The notes: generated by a model not told the origin, from the letters alone. 14,579 bases of DNA from Gemmatimonadales bacterium (GCA_038321865.1 JBBQFH010000048.1:1-14579), one strand, 5' to 3'; positions 1 to 6,883 are shown, numbered from the stretch's first letter. Numbers and translations are program-made.

Positions 1-1
1 C

Positions 2-277
2 AAGCTGGCCTCGATCAAGACCGACCTCCGGAACCTGGAGACGGCGCAGGAAGCCTACTTCTCGGACAACAACACGTACGGGACGTTCGCGCAGCTCCAG
101 ACGGCGTCGAACTTCACGCTGTCGGCCGGCAACGCGCAGACCGCGGAAGCCGCAGCGGCGGGTGGCTATTCGATGACGATCGGCAACACGTCGATCTCCG
201 GTACCCCGGCGGCGTGTCACGTCGCGGTGGGCGTCGGCGCCCCGGCTGGCCAGGACGGCGTCATCCTCTGCCCGTAA
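2..277 (+). CDS. pilA: Type IV pilin, C-terminal part (5' truncated by window edge); probable major pilin
   Basis: Frame 2, translated by hand: KLASIKTDLRNLETAQEAYFSDNNTYG...CHVAVGVGAPAGQDGVILCP* (TAA 275-277). The DLRN..AQEAY..D..Y helix and the C-terminal Cys pair align with the complete pilin that follows. A terminator lies directly downstream, as expected for a highly expressed major pilin. Not in the ORF track. Confidence 0.85.
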   Translation, partial: KLASIKTDLRNLETAQEAYFSDNNTYGTFAQLQTASNFTLSAGNAQTAEAAAAGGYSMTIGNTSISGTPAACHVAVGVGAPAGQDGVILCP

Positions 278-298
278 GTCGGGCAGGCTGGCAGGAAC

Positions 299-335
299 AC
301 AAAGGGCGGCGGTCCTCGGGCCGTCGCCTCTTTGT
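299..335 (+). terminator. Intrinsic terminator after the first pilin
   Basis: ACAAAG-GGCGGCGGTC-ctcg-GGCCGTCGCC-T-CTTTGT: 10-bp GC-rich stem (two G:U pairs), extended by ACAAAG/CTTTGT, with a T-rich 3' side. Confidence 0.75.
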
Positions 336-358
336 ATCTCACAGCGAGAGACACCACG

Positions 359-799
359 ATGCGCGACCATGCAGGCAGCACCCCACATCGGTTGGCGGGG
401 GGGTCCGGAGACGATGTACGGCGCGGCTTCACGCTGATCGAGCTGCTGATCGTCGTCGTCATCATCGGGATCCTCAGCTCGATCGCGATCCCCAAATTCG
501 CGGCGACCAAGGAGCAGGCCTACGTCGGGCGGATGAAGGCCGATCTCCGCAACATGGCCGTGGCGGAAGAGGCCTACCTCGCCGACAACGCCGCCTACTA
601 CGGTGGCGCGGTCCCCAACAGCATCCTGGTGTTCGAGCCGACCGCCGGCGTGGCCATCACGCTCTCCAACGTCAGCAATACCGGCTGGGGAGCAATGGCG
701 AGCTACCCGAGCGCCACCACCCGGACCTGCGGCCTGTTCCACGGCACTGGCGGGCCGGCCGGCCCGGCCACGATCGAAGGCCAGATCACGTGCAACTGA
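359..799 (+). CDS. Type IV pilin paralogue (prepilin N-terminal cleavage/methylation domain protein), 146 aa
   Basis: Class III signal RRG|FTLIELLIVVVIIGILSSIAIP with E5 and P22, DLRN motif and C-terminal Cys pair (TCGLF...ITCN). ATG 359 preferred to TTG 332, which lies inside the terminator. Start uncertain. Confidence 0.92.
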   Translation: MRDHAGSTPHRLAGGSGDDVRRGFTLIELLIVVVIIGILSSIAIPKFAATKEQAYVGRMKADLRNMAVAEEAYLADNAAYYGGAVPNSILVFEPTAGVAITLSNVSNTGWGAMASYPSATTRTCGLFHGTGGPAGPATIEGQITCN

Positions 800-821
800 T
801 GCGCGCGGCCCGCCGACCCGC

Positions 822-1979
822 ATGAGCCGCCAGCCGTCGCTTCGTATCCGGTTGCTGTTCGACCTCGGCTACCTGATGGCGGCGGCCGTGATCCTGGTCG
901 GGCTGGTGACGCTGCTGCTGGTCGGTGGCGATCTCCGCGAGGCCATCTGGCCGCTTTGCGCCGTCTGGGCCGGCAGCATCGCGGTGTTCGCCGTCTTCGG
1001 CAGCTACCTCCTGCGGCGCCTGGTGCTGCAGCCGATCGAGCTCCTGATCGGCGAGGCCGACAGCCTCGCGGCCGGCGATTTCACGGTCGCGCCCTGCGTC
1101 TACGAGACGCCCGAAATGACGCATCTTGCCGAACGCTACCGCGTCCTGGCAGAGGACCTGCTCGACGCCCAGAGCCACGTGGTGCGGGTGGAGAAGCTCG
1201 CCAGCATCGGCCGCCTCGCCGCCGGCGTGGCCCATGAGGTGCGGAACCCCCTCGGGGCGCTCGGCACCTATACCGAAGTGCTGCGCAACCGTGGCGTTCA
1301 GGCGGACATCACCGACGAAATGCAGCGCGCGATCGGGCGGATCGAGCTCACGGTCCAGAGTTTGCTCGACTACGCTCGTCCCGGTACCCCGACCGGCCGC
1401 ATCGATCTGCGTGCGGCCATCGAGTCCACCGTCGATTTTCTGGGCGCCCAGGGCCTGTTCAACGATCATGACCTGGAGCTCGCGATCGCGGACGTGCCAT
1501 GCCTGGCGGGAGACCGGCACGCGGTGGAACAGGTGGTGTTGAACCTGGTCGTCAACGCCTGCGATGCCGCCCCCGGCGCCCGCATCTGGATCGGCTTGCA
1601 CGCCCGGCCGTTCGAAGCGCGGCATCACGCCGCCCGTCGTTCCGGTGACAACGGGTCGGCTGAGCTGCCGCTCGATCGCAGGTTCGCCGCGCGGCCGCGC
1701 CGGCCCGACATCCTGCCCGGCACGCCGGGCGTGCTGCTCCGGGTCGCGGACGACGGCCCCGGTGTTCCGGATGCTGACAGGGAGCGGGTCTTCGATCCGT
1801 TCTACACCACGAAGGAACCCGGCAAGGGTGCCGGCCTGGGCCTCGCGATCGTGGCCCGTACCGTACATGAACTGGGCGGCATCGTGTGGGTCGACCGCGC
1901 GCGCGAAGGCGGCGCCGCATTCAAGGTGTTCCTGCCGTCCGCCGGCAGTAGGGAGAACCATGCGCATCCTGATCATTGA
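822..1979 (+). CDS. Membrane sensor histidine kinase, PilS/NtrB-like (2 TM-HAMP-HisKA-HATPase), 385 aa
   Basis: Two hydrophobic helices joined by a short loop; HAMP (LQPIELLIGEADSLAAGDF); H-box EKLASIGRLAAGVAHEVRNPL; N-box EQVVLNLVVNACDA; G1 VADDGPGV; F FDPFYTTK; G2 GAGLGLAI. Start set at ATG 822, 22 bp after the pilin stop. Confidence 0.93.
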   Translation: MSRQPSLRIRLLFDLGYLMAAAVILVGLVTLLLVGGDLREAIWPLCAVWAGSIAVFAVFGSYLLRRLVLQPIELLIGEADSLAAGDFTVAPCVYETPEMTHLAERYRVLAEDLLDAQSHVVRVEKLASIGRLAAGVAHEVRNPLGALGTYTEVLRNRGVQADITDEMQRAIGRIELTVQSLLDYARPGTPTGRIDLRAAIESTVDFLGAQGLFNDHDLELAIADVPCLAGDRHAVEQVVLNLVVNACDAAPGARIWIGLHARPFEARHHAARRSGDNGSAELPLDRRFAARPRRPDILPGTPGVLLRVADDGPGVPDADRERVFDPFYTTKEPGKGAGLGLAIVARTVHELGGIVWVDRAREGGAAFKVFLPSAGSRENHAHPDH

Positions 1980-3387
1980 CGACGACGCTGGCCTGCGGCA
2001 ATCGCTGACCCTCCTCCTCCGGGAGTCGGGCTACGAAGTCGCGGCCGAAGGCGACCCCGAGCAGGCGCTCGGCCGGGTCGACTCCGAGCCGTTCGAGCTG
2101 ATCCTGTGCGATGTGCGCATGCCGGCGATGGATGGCCTGACCTTCCTGCGGCGCTATCGCGCGGCCGGTGGCGAGGCCCTGCTGATCATGATGAGCGCAT
2201 TCGGTGGCGAGGACGCGGCCCTCGCCGCCATGCGCGAAGGGGCCTACGACTACCTCCACAAGCCGTTTCGGCCGGACGAGGTCATCCTCACCGTCCGGAA
2301 GGCGGAAGAGCGCGAGCGCCTGCGCCACGAAGTCGCCGACCTCCGCGCCTCGCTCGGACCCGATCAGGTGCGGGGCCAGGTCGTGGCCGAGAGCCGCTCG
2401 ATGCGGAACCTCCTCGAGCTGGCGTCGCGCGTCGCCGCGCACAGCACCACCGTGCTCCTGACGGGCGAAAGCGGCACCGGCAAGGAAGTGCTTGCGCGCG
2501 CCATTCATCAGATGAGCCCACGGAGCGGGGCGGCCTTCATCGCGATCAACTGCGCCGCCATTCCGGAACAGCTGCTCGAGAGCGAGCTCTTCGGGTACGT
2601 CCGGGGCGCATTCACCGGCGCCACCGTCGACCGCCAGGGCATCTTCGAGTCGGCCCACGGCGGCACCCTGCTGCTGGACGAAATCGGCGACCTGCCCCAC
2701 GGGCTGCAGGCCAAGCTGCTGCGCGTGCTGGAAGAAGGCGAGATCCGCCGGCTGGGCGCGCGCGAGGGGCGGAAGGTCGACGTGCGTATCATCGCGGCGA
2801 CGGCCCGGCCGCTCGATCGCGCGGTAGAAGCCGGACAGTTCCGGGACGACCTGTACTATCGGCTCAACGTGGTGAACCTGCATATCCCGCCCCTGCGGGA
2901 GCGCCAGGAGGATGTCGGCGCGCTGGTCGCCCATTTTGCCCGGCAGACGGCGCAGCGCCTGGGGCATCCGGTCAGCATCACCCCGCGCGCACTGACCGCG
3001 CTCACCGAGTATCCGTGGCCGGGCAACATCAGGGAGCTTCGTAATGCGGTGGAGCGCGCGGCGGTCCTCGGCACCGCCGGCCGCCTCGACCTGGCTGACT
3101 TTCCCCTGTCTGGCCCGCACGGCAACGGCGCCAACGACGACCACGGTTCGCACCCTGCGGCGGCGCATGGCAACGGCAACGGCAACGGGAATGGTCACTC
3201 GGGGAACGGTGCCGGACCGGTCGTGCCGGCTGGCTTCACGCTGAAGCCGCAGGTCGAAGCGCTCGAACGTGCCACGATCGTACGCGCCCTGGCCTCAGCC
3301 AAGGGCAGCCGGCGCGATGCCGCCCAGCTGCTCGGCGTGAGCCTTCGCACGCTGTTCTACAAACTGCGCCGCTACGAGCTCGAGTAG
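1960..3387 (+). CDS. Sigma54-dependent response regulator (REC-AAA+-Fis HTH), PilR/NtrC/AtoC family, 475 aa
   Basis: RBS GGGAGA 1951-1956 and ATG 1960. MRILIIDDD; phosphoacceptor CDVRMP; Walker A GESGTGKE; ESELFG..GAFTGA; Walker B LLLDEIGD; FRDDLYYRL; WPGNIRELRN; HTH AAQLLGVSLRTLFYKL. Overlaps the kinase by 20 bp. Confidence 0.96.
   Translation: MRILIIDDDAGLRQSLTLLLRESGYEVAAEGDPEQALGRVDSEPFELILCDVRMPAMDGLTFLRRYRAAGGEALLIMMSAFGGEDAALAAMREGAYDYLHKPFRPDEVILTVRKAEERERLRHEVADLRASLGPDQVRGQVVAESRSMRNLLELASRVAAHSTTVLLTGESGTGKEVLARAIHQMSPRSGAAFIAINCAAIPEQLLESELFGYVRGAFTGATVDRQGIFESAHGGTLLLDEIGDLPHGLQAKLLRVLEEGEIRRLGAREGRKVDVRIIAATARPLDRAVEAGQFRDDLYYRLNVVNLHIPPLRERQEDVGALVAHFARQTAQRLGHPVSITPRALTALTEYPWPGNIRELRNAVERAAVLGTAGRLDLADFPLSGPHGNGANDDHGSHPAAAHGNGNGNGNGHSGNGAGPVVPAGFTLKPQVEALERATIVRALASAKGSRRDAAQLLGVSLRTLFYKLRRYELE
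3169..3192 (+). repeat. (GGCAAC)3-GGGAAT tandem repeat encoding GNGNGNGN in the activator linker
   Basis: Read directly: ggcaac ggcaac ggcaac gggaat, in frame with the CDS. Confidence 0.8.
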
Positions 3388-3391
3388 CGGT

Positions 3392-3435
3392 CGCAGTCTC
3401 CGCAGTTCCTTGCAGTTCGCGCACCTCCCTGCAGT
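3392..3435 (+). promoter_or_regulatory. Helically phased YGCAGT repeats; candidate upstream activator sequence
   Basis: YGCA(GT) at 3392, 3401, 3411, 3420 (CGCACC) and 3430, spaced 9/10/9/10 bp, about 80-120 bp upstream of the predicted sigma54 start site. Confidence 0.45.
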
Positions 3436-3487
3436 CAAAGCCCCGGCAGCAAATCGGTAAGTTCTTGTGCCTCAACGCCCTCACTTG

Positions 3488-3503
3488 TGGCCCGGCGTCT
3501 GCT
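3488..3503 (+). promoter_or_regulatory. Sigma54 (-24/-12) promoter for the minor pilin operon
   Basis: TGGCCCGGCGTCTGCT has the invariant GG-N10-GC spacing and is close to TGGCACGnnnnTTGCW. It is intergenic, next to a sigma54 activator gene; predicted +1 near 3514. Confidence 0.7.
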
Positions 3504-3573
3504 TTATCCGGTTCAGATTCGTCTCAGGTCCATGCCGTTCGGACCGCATACACCGACGCATTCCGGAGTCCAC

Positions 3574-4023
3574 ATGCCGCGTCGTAATGGCTTCACGCTC
3601 GTGGAAACGCTGATGGTGATCTCGGTCATCAGCATGATCGTGCTCTTCGGCTGGCCCCGCATGCGTGCGGCCAAGCTCAAGAGCGACGTGCGGAGCGCCC
3701 GCGTGGTCATGACCGGGCTTTACGGCCGAGCCCGGGCCGGCGCGGTGCAGTACAACCGCCCGACCACTCTGGTCATGAATGGCAACGTCGTGACCGTAAC
3801 GGCGACGCCGCGCGTCGTGCCGGTCGCCGGCAGCACGACCGACACCATCAGCTCGCCGCAGGACCTGAATGGCCAGTACGGCGTGACCATCACAGCCACG
3901 AGCGGCACGATCACCGCCGATCCGCGCGGCTTTGGCAGCTCCGGCACGTTCATCATCTGGGTCCGCAAGGCGGAATTCCTCGACTCGGTCGTCATCAGCG
4001 GCTTCGGGAGACTCGTCCAGTGA
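3574..4023 (+). CDS. Minor pilin, FimT/FimU (GspH-like), 149 aa
   Basis: RBS GGAG 3565-3568, ATG 3574. MPRRNG|FTLVETLMVI; AR-GAV-NRP helix motif; C-terminal ITADPRG and VVISGFGR typical of FimT/GspH. First of four minor pilins. Confidence 0.88.
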   Translation: MPRRNGFTLVETLMVISVISMIVLFGWPRMRAAKLKSDVRSARVVMTGLYGRARAGAVQYNRPTTLVMNGNVVTVTATPRVVPVAGSTTDTISSPQDLNGQYGVTITATSGTITADPRGFGSSGTFIIWVRKAEFLDSVVISGFGRLVQ

Positions 4024-4388
4024 CGCGCAACGAACAGGGATTCACCATTCTCGAGGTGCTGGTCGCCGTGCTGGTGCTGGCTGTCGGCGTCATCGCCCTC
4101 GTCGGCTCCTCCGCGCTGGTCACCCGCATGATCGGCCAGGGCAAGCGGGACACCCGCGCGGCCGCCATCGCGGAGCAGCGGCTGGAAACGCTGCGCCAGC
4201 AGGCGTACGCGACGACCCCGGCATGTACGGCGCTCGTCGGCGGTACCACGGCACAGCCGGGCGGCATCACCGACACCTGGGAAGTCGCGGGCGCCGGCAA
4301 CAGCCGCACCCTCCGAGCCATCGTGACGCGCCGGACCAATCGCGGGACCGCGCGCGACACCGTCATCACCATCATCCGGTGCGGTTGA
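4020..4388 (+). CDS. Minor pilin, PilV-like (GspI-like), 122 aa
   Basis: GTG start overlapping the upstream TGA (GTGA), RBS GGGAG. EQG|FTILEVLVAVLVLAVGVIAL; AAAIAEQRLETLR motif of PilV/GspI. Confidence 0.88.
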   Translation: MTRNEQGFTILEVLVAVLVLAVGVIALVGSSALVTRMIGQGKRDTRAAAIAEQRLETLRQQAYATTPACTALVGGTTAQPGGITDTWEVAGAGNSRTLRAIVTRRTNRGTARDTVITIIRCG

Positions 4389-4390
4389 TC

Positions 4391-5248
4391 ATGCGTACCC
4401 GTCGCGGCTTCACCCTCATCGAGCTGATGATCGCCCTCATTCTGCTGTCGATCGTCGGCACCGTCATCATGCGCCTGCTCACCAGCTCGCAGCGCGCGTC
4501 CCGGTACCAGAGCGAACAGGCGCTGCTCCAGTCCAATGTGCGGGCCGGTGCGACGCTCGTGCCGACGGAGCTGCGTGAGCTGGGTATCAGCGGCGCCGCA
4601 AGCGACATCTACGCCGGCATGACCGCGACCCAGATTTCGTACCGCGCCATGCGTTCGACCTCGGTGGCCTGCGCCTTCGGGCTCACGGCGATCAAGTTGC
4701 GCAACTCGATGACGTTCAGCTATCGTGCACTCGCCACGCCCCGGGATACGCTGCTCGTGTTCGTGGAAGGCAATCCGCTGTCGAGCGCCGATGATGCCTG
4801 GATGGCCGTCGCGATCACCGGCGGCACGTCGGCCACGACCTGCCCGGACGGCACCGCGGCCACCAGCGTGCCGGTCGTCCTCACGGCGCCGACGATCGCG
4901 CTGATCCTGCCGAGCGGCGTGACCGAGGCGCCGGTCCGCTCATTCGAAAAGATGCAGCTGCAGCTGTACGCCTCCGGCGGACAGAGCTGGCTCGGCGCGC
5001 GCTCCGTCAGTGCGGGAGAGGCCACGCTGCAGCCGGTGCTTGGCCCCCTCGAGGCCACTAACGGGCTCCAGCTCGACTACCTCGATGCCAACGGCACTGC
5101 CACCGCGGTACCGACCGCGATCCGGTCCATCAACGTTACGATCCGCGGGCTGACCGACAAGACGATTTCCCGGGGCACCGATGCCCTGCATGTCGCCAAG
5201 GACACGCTCGTTTCGCGCATCCGGCTCCGCAACGCTCCCCGGCCCTGA
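4391..5248 (+). CDS. Minor pilin, PilW-like (GspJ-like), 285 aa
   Basis: ATG 4391. MRTRRG|FTLIELMIALILL; LQSNVRAG..L..ELRELG motif; C-terminal GLQLDYLD...IRSINVTIRG...SRIRLRN typical of PilW. Confidence 0.9.
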   Translation: MRTRRGFTLIELMIALILLSIVGTVIMRLLTSSQRASRYQSEQALLQSNVRAGATLVPTELRELGISGAASDIYAGMTATQISYRAMRSTSVACAFGLTAIKLRNSMTFSYRALATPRDTLLVFVEGNPLSSADDAWMAVAITGGTSATTCPDGTAATSVPVVLTAPTIALILPSGVTEAPVRSFEKMQLQLYASGGQSWLGARSVSAGEATLQPVLGPLEATNGLQLDYLDANGTATAVPTAIRSINVTIRGLTDKTISRGTDALHVAKDTLVSRIRLRNAPRP

Positions 5249-5270
5249 GCCGATTTCCACGAGGAACATC

Positions 5271-6434
5271 ATGCCACTTCGGACTCCACGACTCTCGGAT
5301 GAACGCGGCATCGCCCTGGCGATTGCCGTCTTCGCCCTGGTCATCATCGGTGCGCTGGTCGCGGGCACATTCTTCATCGGGCGCCTGGAGCAGCGGAGCG
5401 GCGTGAATACGATGTTCGCCGCCCAGGCCGCGGAAGCGGCCGATGCGGGCTCGGCCGCGACCATTACCGGGTGGACGTCGGCATTCAACGGCCGGGCCGT
5501 CAACACCGACACGGTGCTTCCGGTAGTCAGCCTCGGCGGCGGCAACCAGTATCAGTCGACCGTGCGCCGGCTTTCGTCGGCGTCGTACCTGATCCGGACC
5601 GAGGGCGCCCATCTCGACGCGGGGGGCACGGTGCAGTCACGCCGCCTGGTCGGAGCCTTCGTCAAGCTGCTGACCCCCTCGATCCCGGTGCAGGGTGCGC
5701 TGACGGTACGCGGCTCGCTCACGCTCGGTGGTTCGTCGCAAATCGACGGCACCGACCATGTACCCGCTGGCTGGGGCGCCAGTTGCCCGCTGTCGGGAGC
5801 CCCGGCCGCGGGCATTCGCACGAACACCGGGACAATCAATACCAACGGCGCCAACTGCGGCGGCAGCCCGCCGGGCTGCGTCACCGGCACTCCGCCGGTG
5901 CTGGTGGACGCATCGGTCACGGCCAGCACATTCACCGATTTTGGCAGTACTTCATTCGATGCGCTGGCGGCGGCCGCTACCTGGCAGATCAGCGGAACAG
6001 TCAACGGCATAGCGCCGACCTCCACCGGGAGCCCGGCGACCTGCCGGCTTACCGACAGCAATAACTGGGGCGAGCCCCGTACTGGGGCTGGCACGGTTCC
6101 GTCGTGCTTCAGCTATTTCCCGATCATTTATGCGCCAGGAAACGTCCGCATTACAGGGGGGCGGGGGCAAGGAATTCTGCTCGTGCGCGGTGACCTTGAC
6201 CTGTCGGGCGGCGTGGAATTCTACGGCCCGGTCATCGTCCTTGGAAACGTTACCAGCACCGGCACGGGCGGCCATGTCTACGGCGGCCTGCTGGCATCGA
6301 ATGCAGACCTGCAGCCGTCCACCATCACGGGTAATTCCGTGGTGAACTACTCCGCGTGTTCAGTGGCCCGCGCGTTGGCGGGCGTGGCCGTCGCGACGCC
6401 GTTTGCGGAGCGGAGTTGGGCCCAGTTGTATTAA
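5271..6434 (+). CDS. Minor pilin, PilX/GspK-like, with large C-terminal beta-rich domain, 387 aa
   Basis: RBS GAGGA 5261-5265, ATG 5271. ERG|IALAIAVF lacks E5, a PilX/GspK hallmark; A..AADAG motif; YLIRTEG..SRR core; followed by a G/T/S/N-rich extension with 6 Cys. Confidence 0.88.
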   Translation: MPLRTPRLSDERGIALAIAVFALVIIGALVAGTFFIGRLEQRSGVNTMFAAQAAEAADAGSAATITGWTSAFNGRAVNTDTVLPVVSLGGGNQYQSTVRRLSSASYLIRTEGAHLDAGGTVQSRRLVGAFVKLLTPSIPVQGALTVRGSLTLGGSSQIDGTDHVPAGWGASCPLSGAPAAGIRTNTGTINTNGANCGGSPPGCVTGTPPVLVDASVTASTFTDFGSTSFDALAAAATWQISGTVNGIAPTSTGSPATCRLTDSNNWGEPRTGAGTVPSCFSYFPIIYAPGNVRITGGRGQGILLVRGDLDLSGGVEFYGPVIVLGNVTSTGTGGHVYGGLLASNADLQPSTITGNSVVNYSACSVARALAGVAVATPFAERSWAQLY

Positions 6435-6456
6435 CTGGTACTACTAGTATGGAGTA

Positions 6457-6491
6457 CGCGTCCGGGCGGCCATGTCGGTCGCCCGGACGTG
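6457..6491 (+). terminator. Strong stem-loop after the minor pilin operon (terminator or mRNA-stabilising hairpin)
   Basis: CGCGTCCGGGCGGCC-atgtc-GGTCGCCCGGACGTG: 15-bp stem with two G:U pairs. No real U-tract follows. Confidence 0.5.
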
Positions 6492-6567
6492 CTTGGGGGA
6501 GTCGGAGCCGGGCAGCCCGGATGGGCTGGGGAGGTTCCCCGCAAGGTGAGAGATGCATGGCGAAAGG

Positions 6568-6601
6568 GGGTTGTCCCTGGGGTGCTGCCGCTGGACAACC
6601 C
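6568..6601. promoter_or_regulatory. Perfect 9-bp inverted repeat; candidate activator-binding site
   Basis: GGGTTGTCC-N16-GGACAACCC, about -121 to -88 relative to the predicted sigma54 +1 (~6689). Confidence 0.45.
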
Positions 6602-6618
6602 GGTCATCGGCACACTGC

Positions 6619-6631
6619 TAACTCGTTGATC
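6619..6631 (-). promoter_or_regulatory. IHF-like binding site
   Basis: Reverse complement GATCAACGAGTTA matches WATCAANNNNTTR with one mismatch. It lies between the inverted repeat and the sigma54 promoter. Confidence 0.55.
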
Positions 6632-6662
6632 ATATGGCTGTTGGGCGCGAGCATGCCAATGA

Positions 6663-6678
6663 TGGCACGTCGGTTGCT
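6663..6678 (+). promoter_or_regulatory. Sigma54 (-24/-12) promoter upstream of pilM
   Basis: TGGCACGTCGGTTGCT is an exact match to TGGCACGnnnnTTGCW. Confidence 0.82.
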
Positions 6679-6854
6679 CTTCCCCGAGTGCAATCCTCGC
6701 CGAATTCCGTCGCAACTGTTCGACTCTGAGTGGTGCCCTGGCAGTGTCCGACGCGGCTCACAAGCGCCAAATGGGTCGACGCTCGGCCGCCGATGATATC
6801 ACAAGTGGTTATCGAGTCGAAGCTTGTTCGAGGTGAGTTGAAGCTGTTTGGAGT

Positions 6855-6883
6855 TTGACAAATCGCGGGCCGCATACTAGCGT
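6855..6883 (+). promoter_or_regulatory. Sigma70-type promoter for pilMNOPQ
   Basis: TTGACA (6855-6860), 17-bp spacer, TAGCGT (TAnnnT, 6878-6883), 35 bp before the pilM ATG. Confidence 0.65.

Noticed and set aside
428..799. Pilin 2 N-terminal helix resembles Geobacter PilA as I recall it (F1, F24, Y32, Y50, Y57); possible conductive e-pilin
   Set aside because: Position 27 is Thr, F/Y/W make up only 10 of 123 mature residues, it has a full globular domain, and no cytochrome genes are in the window.
603..5270. ORF-track starts at 603, 1564, 3487, 3932 and 5181 (also 9306 and 12959)
   Set aside because: They extend into upstream genes or promoters. Downstream starts fit the domain boundaries and, in most cases, an RBS or stop/start overlap.
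6431..6450. TTAACTGGTACTACTAGTA resembles TrpR operator half-sites, and aro genes are in the window
   Set aside because: The symmetry and spacing do not match the TrpR box, and the site is more than 5 kb from aroC.
6500..6620. Possible c-di-GMP/cGAMP (GEMM) riboswitch suggested by GCAA and GAAA loop-like segments
   Set aside because: The conserved GEMM core segments are not recognisable; an Rfam scan would be needed.
6640..6659. Minus-strand TTGGCATGCTCGCGC as a divergent sigma54 promoter
   Set aside because: GG-to-GC spacing is 9 rather than the obligatory 10 bp.
6356..6836. ORFs in the pilX-pilM gap (6356-6796 +, 6431-6715 -, and a 21-aa ORF at 6771-6836)
   Set aside because: Atypical codon usage, no motifs, no convincing RBS for the small ORF, and overlap with hairpins and promoter elements.
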